Source: Candidatus Nanopelagicales bacterium | GTDB taxonomy: Bacteria > Actinomycetota > Actinomycetes > S36-B12 > UBA5976 | Direction of reading: 5' to 3' | Assembly: GCA_030157865.1 (NCBI GenBank) | Contig: JAOATY010000033.1 | Location: 23,507-87,506 of the forward strand | Length of the DNA stretch: 64,000 nucleotides | Shown here: positions 46,262-55,273 of the stretch, piece after piece | Position numbering within the stretch: the first letter of the stretch is position 1 | Layout of the letters: each line of letters begins with the position of its first letter | Notes under the pieces: generated by a model | What the model saw: the letters and a program-made list of their open reading frames with translations, nothing else | What the model was told of the DNA's origin: nothing | Database searches by the model: none | Program-made: the position numbers and the translations under genes

Positions 46262-46939
46262 ATGAAAACGTCCTCAACCAGAAATTCCCTCATCATCGGC
46301 ATAAGTATTGTGCTGGGTGCATCCCTGCTTTCCGTAGGTGTGAGTAACGCTGCGGGATCAACAATTAAGGCTTGTGCCAAGAAATCAAACGGTGCGATGC
46401 GCTTGATTGACGCAAGTAAGAACTGTAAGAAGAGTGAGCGCACATTAACTTGGGGTACTCAAGGTGATGCTGGTGCAACGGGTGCAACTGGTTCCACCGG
46501 GGCAACTGGAAGCAACGGCTCCGCAGGTGCTTCTGGAATCTCTTACGCTACCTACTCAACGCGTAGAACTAGTAACTTGACGGACAGCCTTGACCCACAA
46601 ACAGTCGGTAGCCTTGATAATTTGTCATCAGGTGATTATCTTTTGCAAGCCACTCTTGAGCTAGAAAACCGCACTTTGAATGGACGCGTTGAGTGTCGAT
46701 TCTATATAGATGTTGATTCAAACGGATTCATGTCTAGTCCCTATGCCTTAGCTGACTTCTCTACTTCCAATGAAAGCAAAAGCGTGAGTGTTAACTACGC
46801 AATTGAGAACCTGCCTGGAGGAACTTACGACAAAATTGATTTTCATTGTTACGTAACTGGTTCGGCTACCGGGCAGGATGTAAGAGTTGACAATTTCTAC
46901 ATGTCAGCTACGAAAGTAGACACATTAGTTCGTCAATAA
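46262..46939 (+). CDS. Secreted short-collagen-repeat protein, paralog B
   Basis: First ~78 aa near-identical to paralog A, about 9 Gly-X-Y triplets, unrelated C-terminal domain. Confidence 0.8.
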   Translation: MKTSSTRNSLIIGISIVLGASLLSVGVSNAAGSTIKACAKKSNGAMRLIDASKNCKKSERTLTWGTQGDAGATGATGSTGATGSNGSAGASGISYATYSTRRTSNLTDSLDPQTVGSLDNLSSGDYLLQATLELENRTLNGRVECRFYIDVDSNGFMSSPYALADFSTSNESKSVSVNYAIENLPGGTYDKIDFHCYVTGSATGQDVRVDNFYMSATKVDTLVRQ

Positions 46940-46964
46940 ATCAAACCTAAATCACAAAATCAAA

Positions 46965-46997
46965 AGTGGCGCCTTGCTTTTGCAGGGCGCTGTTTTT
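46965..46997 (+). terminator. Terminator after paralog B (homologous to hairpin after A)
   Basis: AGTGGCGCCTTGC-TTTT-GCAGGGCGCTGTTTTT. Confidence 0.75.
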
Positions 46998-47002
46998 GTT
47001 TG

Positions 47003-48763
47003 TTAAGCAAGGGCTACTTGGGCAGTTACGCGAACTTCATCGCCAAGTGATTCTCTCGACCAGTTCATCGTGATGTCATCAAGGATCTGGCTGCCAACTC
47101 CTGGTGAACCCAGCAGGCTAGCATCGCCGTTGTTCGTGATTTCAATTCGAATTGATCCATCATTTAGATCTTGAATTGAAATTTCGACTAAGCGAGCTTT
47201 GCCATGACGAATTGCATTGGTAACACTTTCTTTCACAATCTCATTAATGCAATGTGAGGTCACTTGGTTTGCAGAAATTGAGTTAAGTAGCTCATCTTCA
47301 ATTGAGACTTTGACTTCACAAACGCCTTGCCAGAGTTCGATCAAATCAGATATCGATGTTTCTAGATCAATTATCGGTCCATCTAAATTGGTCAATGATT
47401 CCGTGGCTCGAACCAGATCTTGTCGAACCTTTTCAAGTAAGTCTTCATCAATCTCTCTAGCGCCAAGAATCCGCATATTCGCAGCTGTTAGAGATGCCTG
47501 AACCGATCCATGCAAAGTTTGGGCAGCGCGCTGACGAACATGCCAAATCAATTGCGAAGTTCGATTTAATTCAAGATTTAGTTCTTGGTTTGCTTCTCGC
47601 AATTCTGATTCATACGAGACTCGCTGATTATCAACAACAACTCCGTAAGTAAGCAACAATCCCACAGCCATAGTGCCCATCGTCGCAGTTGGAGCCAATC
47701 CCAATCGGTCAATGACGTCATATCCAAGCCAGCGAATAATAAACAATGCTGGCGTCCAAGCAATTGCAAGAACTGCACTTAATAGCAAGAAGGCGCGACC
47801 AGATCGAATCGGCTTGTTTGCAATTGGTAATCGAACGAACGCCCAAAGAATAATCGCTAACGGTAAGTAAGCCAGCAGCACGATCGGTAAGGATGCATAC
47901 CCAAGATAAAGAAATGCACCTGTTGTATTAGGTACTACAAGAACTAAATAGATTGCCAGCGGACTAACAACGTTCCTAAGCACCAGCAATTTGGGTGGTG
48001 TAATCAGCGATGGCTTCTTTGCCAGTGCGCTGACACGTGGGACTTCAATCTTTTGTTCCTGATGAAGTGATGCGCTCAATGGACGAAGCTTGGTGTCAAT
48101 CAAGTTTGAAATTTTTGTTGCTGAAGTCTTTACGTTTTCTGAATCCTGCGTTGAGGCATTCGCCAAATTTTGAGAAATTTCTGTAACAGCAGGCTCAATA
48201 CTTTCTCTAACGATTTTGAAGATTTCGAATCTTTGCTGTTCAACCATTTGCTCAGCAGAATCGCGTGCAGTTACTAACGCTTCACGCTCGCTGGCTAAAT
48301 CGATCTGTGTTTGCGCATGTTCCTTAATTAATGCAGCCGTCAATGCAGCAACGGAAAGGGTCAAGGTTCCAAGCAGAGCTCCAGCAAACGCTCGGTAAAG
48401 AAACTCTTGTTCTTCGGCAAGATCAAGCATTACTGAAATCTGACCAACAGCCAATGAGCGACTTATCGCACCAATTCCAAAGATTAAAAGGGTTTTCGTT
48501 GTCCTTGGTGAATAAGGACCTTTTGGCAATAATGCTAAGCGCATTCCAAGCATGACAATCGTTGCAACTCCGTGCGCAAGGATTCCAGCTAATGCCCAGC
48601 CAATTCGCGAGGTGCCAAAACGATTTCCATCGAATGCAACGGCGATAAAGATACTGATTGGCAGCGTCCAAAGAACAACGCGCTTAGTAAACGCTTCGCT
48701 GCTGCCGACTAAGCGCAAAGTTTCGCCAAGAGATCTGGCGCCGGCTTTAGTCTCGTTACTCAT
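47003..48763 (-). CDS. Membrane sensor histidine kinase (HisKA_3/NarX-like)
   Basis: Two TM bundles, AQTLHGSVQASL H-box, KESVTNAIRHGKA N-box, TNNG, PGVGS. Confidence 0.82.
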   Translation of the reverse strand: MSNETKAGARSLGETLRLVGSSEAFTKRVVLWTLPISIFIAVAFDGNRFGTSRIGWALAGILAHGVATIVMLGMRLALLPKGPYSPRTTKTLLIFGIGAISRSLAVGQISVMLDLAEEQEFLYRAFAGALLGTLTLSVAALTAALIKEHAQTQIDLASEREALVTARDSAEQMVEQQRFEIFKIVRESIEPAVTEISQNLANASTQDSENVKTSATKISNLIDTKLRPLSASLHQEQKIEVPRVSALAKKPSLITPPKLLVLRNVVSPLAIYLVLVVPNTTGAFLYLGYASLPIVLLAYLPLAIILWAFVRLPIANKPIRSGRAFLLLSAVLAIAWTPALFIIRWLGYDVIDRLGLAPTATMGTMAVGLLLTYGVVVDNQRVSYESELREANQELNLELNRTSQLIWHVRQRAAQTLHGSVQASLTAANMRILGAREIDEDLLEKVRQDLVRATESLTNLDGPIIDLETSISDLIELWQGVCEVKVSIEDELLNSISANQVTSHCINEIVKESVTNAIRHGKARLVEISIQDLNDGSIRIEITNNGDASLLGSPGVGSQILDDITMNWSRESLGDEVRVTAQVALA

Positions 48764-49475
48764 TAACTATCGGAAGGCCAGCTGCCTCGATGTAGGCGCG
48801 AGCGGCAGCAGTTCGGGTGCTGACCGTTGGGTCACCTTCGATGCCAGCAGCGGTAAGGGTTCGACGAATCAAGTGCTCAACCGCGCGAACTGTTGAATCA
48901 CGTTGCTCTGCGATCTCCGTGTTAGACATACCAAGTGCAATGCTTCGTAGAACTGAAATCTGTGATTTGGATAAATCTGCAAGTGGTCGTTCCGGATCTA
49001 AATGTTGACGAAGTTCGTGATCGATATCATCACGAAGTACGCGCTCAATAATGTCTGTTAGAACACCTGGCTGCGTAATGGTTTCTTTGCGAATGTAAGC
49101 AGCACGTTTGGGAATTGAGCTTGAGTCCTGACCGGCGAATCTTGGATCAGGTAAGTGCGTCAAGAAAACGATTGCGACCTGTGGTGCTGATGTTGCAATG
49201 TATTCGGCAAGATCAAGTCCGGTTGGTCCGTTGCCTAATTCGATATCGAGTAAAGCAACATCAGGATCAACTTCAAGAATTACGCGCTTAGCTTCTGCAG
49301 CCGACGCAGCAACACTTACCGAAAACTTGCTGCCCTTTAATCCGTCTGCAATTAACGAACGTAATAACGGATCGTCTTCGACAACTAAAACTTTTCGAGA
49401 TTCGAATTTTACCGAAGCGCCTTTCGCAACTTTCATTGCGCTAGCTCGATCAAACGTCGATTTGGTCGGCGACAC
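48756..49475 (-). CDS. NarL/LuxR-family response regulator
   Basis: VLVVEDD, ALLDIELG..TGLDL, IVFLT, C-terminal HTH GMSNTEIA; start could be ATG 49436. Confidence 0.9.
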   Translation of the reverse strand: MSPTKSTFDRASAMKVAKGASVKFESRKVLVVEDDPLLRSLIADGLKGSKFSVSVAASAAEAKRVILEVDPDVALLDIELGNGPTGLDLAEYIATSAPQVAIVFLTHLPDPRFAGQDSSSIPKRAAYIRKETITQPGVLTDIIERVLRDDIDHELRQHLDPERPLADLSKSQISVLRSIALGMSNTEIAEQRDSTVRAVEHLIRRTLTAAGIEGDPTVSTRTAAARAYIEAAGLPIVNE

Positions 49476-49833
49476 CGCGAAGCACGGCTACTAGCTTCTC
49501 GGTTTGCTTGTCATCCGGGTAACGTCCACGACGAAGATTTCCGGCATAACCATCAAGAAGTTTGATGACATCTTCTAGAACGATTGCCATATCTTCAGCA
49601 TCTTTACGCCCGCCCTTGGCAACACTTGGTGGAGCTTCAAGGACTCGAACAGACAATGCCTGCATGCCGCGCTTGCCATCGGCCACGCCAAACTCACAGC
49701 GGGTGCCGTTCTTCAAAGTTAAGGTTCCAGCTGGGAGTGCGGAGGCATGCAAAAATACCTCTTCGCCTTCATCCGTTTGAAGGAAGCCGAAGCCCTTCTC
49801 GGTGTCGTACCACTTCACTTTGCCTGTAGGCAC
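49450..49833 (-). CDS. Cold-shock domain protein (actinobacterial CspB type)
   Basis: MPTGKVKWYDTEKGFGFL..VFLHASAL plus C-terminal helical extension. Confidence 0.92.
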   Translation of the reverse strand: MPTGKVKWYDTEKGFGFLQTDEGEEVFLHASALPAGTLTLKNGTRCEFGVADGKRGMQALSVRVLEAPPSVAKGGRKDAEDMAIVLEDVIKLLDGYAGNLRRGRYPDDKQTEKLVAVLRGVADQIDV

Positions 49834-50007
49834 GGTGTTCTCCTTGCGCTGGTTACTTTCTTGGGCGCTCGATAACTCGAATGCCTTACTTAAGGGTAGA
49901 TGAAAAGTCCGAATCCGCCCAAACCTGCGATTTCAATGCACAATCCGCACAGGAAAGCAACAAATCTCAAGTGGCGCTAACCAACCAAAACCGCGTAACG
50001 TAGCAAG

Positions 50008-52311
50008 ATGAGCACTTCCAAAAAGACTGAAACGGTCATGCGCCCACGGTCTTTGGCAGATGATCTGCGCCAGCGAAGTGATGAGTCTCTTGAAGTCCTG
50101 TTTGCCACTCGCCCAGATCTATTGCACCCAGTACCAACGGACTTGGGACAACTCGCAGTTCGTGCTACCACGTCACCTAGCGTTAGTGCTGCCCTCGATG
50201 CGCTTAATCATATTGAACTGAGTGTTTGTGAAGTTCTGGCTGCACTGCCAGATCCGGCAGCTCGCGTTGAAGTTCATGCCGGACTTAAAGGCGCAGTTGG
50301 ATACAACGCAAAAGCTATCGATGCAGCAATCGATCGCTTGCTTTCCAGTGCCTTGGTTTGGGGCGATGACGAAGAACTTCACTTAGTTCGAGTCGCACGA
50401 GAATCTTTTGGTGCCTACCCATGTGGTCTAGCTGCTTCATTTGCAGATTCACGTCGCAAAGTTCGTGAGTATGCGAATAAGAAAACTTTGGCTGAGAAGA
50501 CACTTGCAAGTGGTCCGGATGAAGTTCGCGACATCATGAATCAACTTTTGTGGGGCACACCAGCTGGAACAATGCGCCAAGCAAATCGCTCAGTACGTAT
50601 CGAAGATGCTAAGTCACCTTTGGAATGGTTGCTGGCACACGAGTTGATCGTTCCAGTTAGCGATAGTTCAGTCGTTGTTCCACGTGAAGTTTCAATTTCA
50701 TTGCGTAGTGGTTTGCTACTTAAAGAAATCAAAACTGATAGCGGCGCTCCAGTTCTAGGATCAGTTGACTTTAAGCGCGTAAATGACACCGGTGCGCACG
50801 CTGCTTTAGATTTCGTCCGCTTAGTTGAAACCTTGCTTGAAGCCTGGTCAATTGAACCTCCATCACAACTTCGTGGTGGTGGCCTTGCAATTCGCGATCT
50901 TGCCACGGCTAAAGATTTACTTCGAGTGTCCGAGCATCTAACTGCGTTAGTGATTGAAGTTGCGTTTGCTTCGGGCTTACTTGCTGCTGATGCAAATGAA
51001 GGTTGGTTGCCAACTACTGCATACGATCGATGGCTAAGTATTGATGATGCTTCACGTTGGACTTTGCTTGCGCAAGCTTGGCGCGATATGGCTCGCGCGC
51101 CTCACGTTGTCGGTGGCGATGGTGGCGATCGAATCAATTCTTTAACTTCAGCAGTTGAACGCGGGTTTATCAATCCACTTCGTATTTCATTATTAGACAT
51201 TTACGTAGGACTTGATGATGGAGCGACGACAAGTGCGGCAATCATCACCGAACATTTAGATTGGCATCGTCCACGGCGCTCATCAATGGTTCGTGCGGCT
51301 GCGGTGTCGGCTGTACTTGATGAAGCAGCAACCCTTGGCATTACTGCCCTCGGATCACTAACGTCATTTGGTCGGGCAGTTGCTAAGGGTGATGACCCAA
51401 CAAAAGTTTTGGGAGCGCTACTGCCTGATCCCGTTGATCATGTAATTGTGCAAGCAGATCTAACTGCATTGGCACCTGGTCGATTAGCTGCAAACCAACG
51501 CCGAACTATGGCAGTGATCGCTGATGTTGAATCAACTGGTGCAGCTACCACCTACCGCTTTACCGAAAACTCAATTCGCAGAGCTTTGGATCAAGGGCAA
51601 TCAGCCAACGACATTATTGAGTTCCTGTCTGCTCTTTCCAAGACCCCATTGCCGCAACCACTCACCTACCTAATTGAAGATGTGGCTCGCAAACATGGCG
51701 TGCTGCGCGTTGGTGTGGCATCGATTTACTTGCGTTGCGATGACGAGCAATTAGTAACTGCGGTCCAGGCTGATCGTCGTTTAGCATCGCTAAAGTTCCG
51801 TTCATTGGCACCAGGAATTGTGGTTAGCTCGTCGCCTGCGGACATTGTGCTGGAAAAGCTACGTGCTTGCGGTTATGCCCCGGTTGCTGAAAGTGCAGAA
51901 GGCGCAGTACTTATTCATCGGCCAGATACCAAGCGCACGTCAGTTCGCGCTGCTGCTTCACCAGTTACGGTCACTGGACCATCGAGTCGATTGGTTACAG
52001 CTGCAGTTAAGGCACTTCGCGCTGGCGAACGAGTTGATGCCAGCAAGCCAGTTTCAACTAATGGCCCGCGCAGCACCACTTCACAGACTCTTGTCCTACT
52101 TAACGATGCGTTGGCCCAAGGCAAAGAGGTTTGGATTGGCTATGCCGACAAAGGTGGCATGACTAGCGAACGAATTGTTGAGCCTTTGACTATTACTGGT
52201 GGCTTCCTGACTGCATTTGATGTGCGAACAAATGAAGTCCGCACCTTCACTATTGCTCGCATCACCGGTGCTGAACTTGCTGAGAACGTTGACGAAGAAG
52301 GAACTGCATAA
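50008..52311 (+). CDS. XPB-associated helicase C-terminal domain + WYL domain protein
   Basis: LFATRPDL, VIVQADLTALAPG, ESTGAATTYRF, C-terminal WYL (IGYAD..ERIVEP..RTFTIARI); precedes XPB. Confidence 0.88.
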   Translation: MSTSKKTETVMRPRSLADDLRQRSDESLEVLFATRPDLLHPVPTDLGQLAVRATTSPSVSAALDALNHIELSVCEVLAALPDPAARVEVHAGLKGAVGYNAKAIDAAIDRLLSSALVWGDDEELHLVRVARESFGAYPCGLAASFADSRRKVREYANKKTLAEKTLASGPDEVRDIMNQLLWGTPAGTMRQANRSVRIEDAKSPLEWLLAHELIVPVSDSSVVVPREVSISLRSGLLLKEIKTDSGAPVLGSVDFKRVNDTGAHAALDFVRLVETLLEAWSIEPPSQLRGGGLAIRDLATAKDLLRVSEHLTALVIEVAFASGLLAADANEGWLPTTAYDRWLSIDDASRWTLLAQAWRDMARAPHVVGGDGGDRINSLTSAVERGFINPLRISLLDIYVGLDDGATTSAAIITEHLDWHRPRRSSMVRAAAVSAVLDEAATLGITALGSLTSFGRAVAKGDDPTKVLGALLPDPVDHVIVQADLTALAPGRLAANQRRTMAVIADVESTGAATTYRFTENSIRRALDQGQSANDIIEFLSALSKTPLPQPLTYLIEDVARKHGVLRVGVASIYLRCDDEQLVTAVQADRRLASLKFRSLAPGIVVSSSPADIVLEKLRACGYAPVAESAEGAVLIHRPDTKRTSVRAAASPVTVTGPSSRLVTAAVKALRAGERVDASKPVSTNGPRSTTSQTLVLLNDALAQGKEVWIGYADKGGMTSERIVEPLTITGGFLTAFDVRTNEVRTFTIARITGAELAENVDEEGTA

Positions 52312-53969
52312 TGACTGATGGACCGTTAATCGTTCAAAGCGACAAGACTCTGCTTTTAGAAATCGATCATGAGTTAAGTGGTGAGTGCCGTCATGCGATC
52401 GCACCGTTTGCCGAACTTGAGCGCGCACCAGAACACATCCACACCTATCGCATTACTCCGCTGGGACTTTGGAATGCCCGCGCTGCACTGCATGACGCCG
52501 AATCTGTGATCGATACATTGCTTAAGTATTCGCGTTACCCAGTTCCACATGCACTCCTTGTCGATATCGCCGAAACCATGGCGCGTTACGGTCGCTTGCA
52601 ATTACATATGCATCCAGTTCATGGCTTAGTACTGACTGCAAATGATCGCACTGTCATGGAAGAAATTCTTCGTTCAAAGAAGATCACGCCATTAGTTGGT
52701 AAGCGAATTGATGAAGACACAATTGCAGTACATGCCAGTGAACGTGGAAACATCAAGCAAGCGTTGTTAAAGCTTGGTTGGCCAGCTGAAGATTTAGCTG
52801 GTTATGTTGATGGCGAAGCGCATCCAATTGCTCTTGCCGAAGATTCATTCGAACTTCGCACTTACCAACGCGAAGCTGCTGAAGGTTTTTGGCATGGTGG
52901 ATCAGGTGTTGTTGTACTTCCTTGTGGTGCTGGCAAAACAATTGTTGGTGCAGCAGCCATGGCGCTTGCTGGCGCCACAACTTTGATTCTGGTTACCAAT
53001 ACCGTTTCTGCTCGCCAGTGGAAATCTGAATTACTGAAGCGCACAACCCTTACTGAAGATGAAATCGGTGAATACTCCGGTGCTCGAAAAGAGATTCGTC
53101 CAGTAACGATTGCGACTTATCAAGTTATGACTACTCGTCGTCAAGGTGTTTATGCACACTTAGAACTATTTGATGCTCGCGACTGGGGTTTGATTATTTA
53201 TGACGAGGTTCACCTATTGCCTGCGCCGGTGTTTAGATTTACAGCTGACATTCAAGCCCGTCGTCGCCTTGGCTTAACTGCAACTTTGGTTCGCGAAGAT
53301 GGCATGGAAGGTGAAGTCTTTTCACTCATTGGTCCTAAGCGTTATGACGCTCCATGGAAAGACATTGAAGCCCAGGGTTATATCGCACCAGCTGATTGCG
53401 CCGAAGTTCGCGTAACTTTGCCAGATGCTGAACGTTTGGCTTATGCGATGGCAGAACCAGAAGAGCGTTACCGTCTTGCAAGTACCACTTCTTATAAGAA
53501 CAGGGTCGTTCAACATTTAGTTGACTTGCATCCAGAAGATCACATTCTGGTTATTGGTCAGTACTTAGATCAACTGGATGAGATCAGCACTTACTTGGGA
53601 GTTCCAACCATTACTGGCGCGACTCCGGTTAAAGAACGTGAACGCTTATTCCAATCCTTCCGTGAAGGTGAAACTCGAGTTCTGGTTGTTTCAAAGGTTG
53701 CGAACTTCTCAGTGGACTTACCAGAAGCGGGCGTAGCAATTCAGATCAGTGGAACGTTTGGTTCCCGGCAAGAAGAAGCACAGCGCCTAGGCCGAGTGCT
53801 TCGACCAAAGGGTGACAAGCGTTCGGCGCATTTCTACACAATCGTTACTCGCGACACCGTAGATGCTGACTTTGCTGCGCATCGCCAGCGATTCTTGGCC
53901 GAGCAGGGGTATGCCTACCGAATTATTGACGCCGATGACCTTTTATATGGAAATCCAGTAGCTGACTAG
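52311..53969 (+). CDS. DNA repair helicase XPB (Ercc3-like)
   Basis: VQSDKTLLLE, LPCGAGKT, YDEVH, LGLTAT, QRLGRVLRPK. Confidence 0.95.
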   Translation: MTDGPLIVQSDKTLLLEIDHELSGECRHAIAPFAELERAPEHIHTYRITPLGLWNARAALHDAESVIDTLLKYSRYPVPHALLVDIAETMARYGRLQLHMHPVHGLVLTANDRTVMEEILRSKKITPLVGKRIDEDTIAVHASERGNIKQALLKLGWPAEDLAGYVDGEAHPIALAEDSFELRTYQREAAEGFWHGGSGVVVLPCGAGKTIVGAAAMALAGATTLILVTNTVSARQWKSELLKRTTLTEDEIGEYSGARKEIRPVTIATYQVMTTRRQGVYAHLELFDARDWGLIIYDEVHLLPAPVFRFTADIQARRRLGLTATLVREDGMEGEVFSLIGPKRYDAPWKDIEAQGYIAPADCAEVRVTLPDAERLAYAMAEPEERYRLASTTSYKNRVVQHLVDLHPEDHILVIGQYLDQLDEISTYLGVPTITGATPVKERERLFQSFREGETRVLVVSKVANFSVDLPEAGVAIQISGTFGSRQEEAQRLGRVLRPKGDKRSAHFYTIVTRDTVDADFAAHRQRFLAEQGYAYRIIDADDLLYGNPVAD

Positions 53970-54042
53970 ATTTTGTCTAGGGGTTTCCCTGTGATGGGGT
54001 CTCTCAATTTCCAATCAGTTAATACGATTAGCGCTCACGGGG

Positions 54043-54243
54043 ATGTGGGCAATGGACGAAATAGAAATGCCAGACGATGATTCTCCGCGCCCAAACTTAG
54101 CTAACATCCCAAGCATGGATGAAATGTTGGCGCTCTATGAAAAAGTCTTGGCCGAACTCGACAGCGCTATTTCATCCGCAAAAAACTTTTCATCCGATGA
54201 CCAGCAATCAAATGCTCGTCACGGCAAAGATAAGAGAAAATAA
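54043..54243 (+). CDS. Hypothetical small acidic protein
   Basis: 66-aa ORF filling the intergenic gap, helical pattern; no motif recognised. Confidence 0.45.
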   Translation: MWAMDEIEMPDDDSPRPNLANIPSMDEMLALYEKVLAELDSAISSAKNFSSDDQQSNARHGKDKRK

Positions 54244-54247
54244 CTTT

Positions 54248-54601
54248 CTAAAAGCCAGTTGGAACTAAGTAAGCCAAATAACCAAACAGCACAGCTAGAA
54301 ATAGTGCTGGTGCGAAATCTTTGAACTTATCTTTAACGCGTAGATGTGCGACCACCGCTCCAACGAAATAGAGCATCAATGCGCCAGCTGAAATAAAGGC
54401 GAGCAATGGGTAGACAATACCGATCAACAGGCCAACCGCTCCAAGGATTTCTAAATATGCAAGCAATGGAATCTGGTTTGGCTTTACACCTACATGAGTC
54501 ATTGACTCAATAACCTGTGGCATTTTCTTTAGTTTGCCCATTGCCGAAACGATTGCAATAGCGGCAAGGACTACTGCCATGATTGTGGTCATTGTGTTCA
54601 T
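54248..54601 (-). CDS. DoxX-like membrane protein
   Basis: SAMGKL, LEILGAVGLLIG, YFVGAVVAHLRVKD. Confidence 0.85.
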   Translation of the reverse strand: MNTMTTIMAVVLAAIAIVSAMGKLKKMPQVIESMTHVGVKPNQIPLLAYLEILGAVGLLIGIVYPLLAFISAGALMLYFVGAVVAHLRVKDKFKDFAPALFLAVLFGYLAYLVPTGF

Positions 54602-54614
54602 AAGGTTCCCCTAG

Positions 54615-55259
54615 TTATCTTGCAGATTCTGAAACTAACTTTGCATAAACAACATAGCGCAAGTTTTGCGGTCCATCTGTAAGGCAGGTGGTAATAGTTA
54701 GCCACTGATCATCTAAAGTTTTATTGCCGAATTCAGGATTGTCATAAACGGTTTTTACATCTGTTTCTTCGACGGTTTCGGTGTCAACAATTTCATAGAC
54801 GTACTTTTTTGAAAGCGTTTCTATTTCTACAACTTCACCGATTGCAACATCATCTAGTTTTGCAAAAGGTGTCCACGAACTTCCACTATGTCCGGCTAGC
54901 GCAAAGTTGCCCGGTTCACCAGGGAGCTCTGATCCCTCGTAATGCCCCACTCCTAGGTCATCAAGAATTTCTGGAGTTGTACCTTCCGAAACTGTGTGTA
55001 GCCAATCTTTGCCAAGAGCAGGGATGCGAATGACTGCAAAGTACTCGCCAACCGTTGGTACGCCCGCCACAAGCAAATCACTCTGTGCTTCATTAGACAG
55101 GTTTCCTGATTCTTTTGGCGCAGACAACAGTTCCTTGGCCCTCTGCGTTTCTTTACTTGCAGATAAATAGCCCGAAAGGAAACCAATCCAAACAGCCCCA
55201 ATCAGCAGGGCGCTGCCAATAACAATAAGTGAAGCAAATCCGAATCTTTTAATCTTCAT
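54615..55259 (-). CDS. Sortase, class E-like
   Basis: N-terminal TM, IRIPALG, GVGHY..PGEPGNFALAGH, LTITTC, conserved Arg. Confidence 0.92.
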   Translation of the reverse strand: MKIKRFGFASLIVIGSALLIGAVWIGFLSGYLSASKETQRAKELLSAPKESGNLSNEAQSDLLVAGVPTVGEYFAVIRIPALGKDWLHTVSEGTTPEILDDLGVGHYEGSELPGEPGNFALAGHSGSSWTPFAKLDDVAIGEVVEIETLSKKYVYEIVDTETVEETDVKTVYDNPEFGNKTLDDQWLTITTCLTDGPQNLRYVVYAKLVSESAR

Positions 55260-55273
55260 CCTTAGAAGAGAAA

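Noticed and set aside
45594-46443. Paired minus-strand ORFs with APV repeats
   Set aside because: Antisense reading of the collagen GAT repeats and duplicated N-termini; the plus strand has RBS, signal peptides and terminators.
50008-53969. WYL + helicase pair as a phage-defence system
   Set aside because: This is the conserved actinobacterial XPB locus next to cspB and DUF3027, i.e. core genome.
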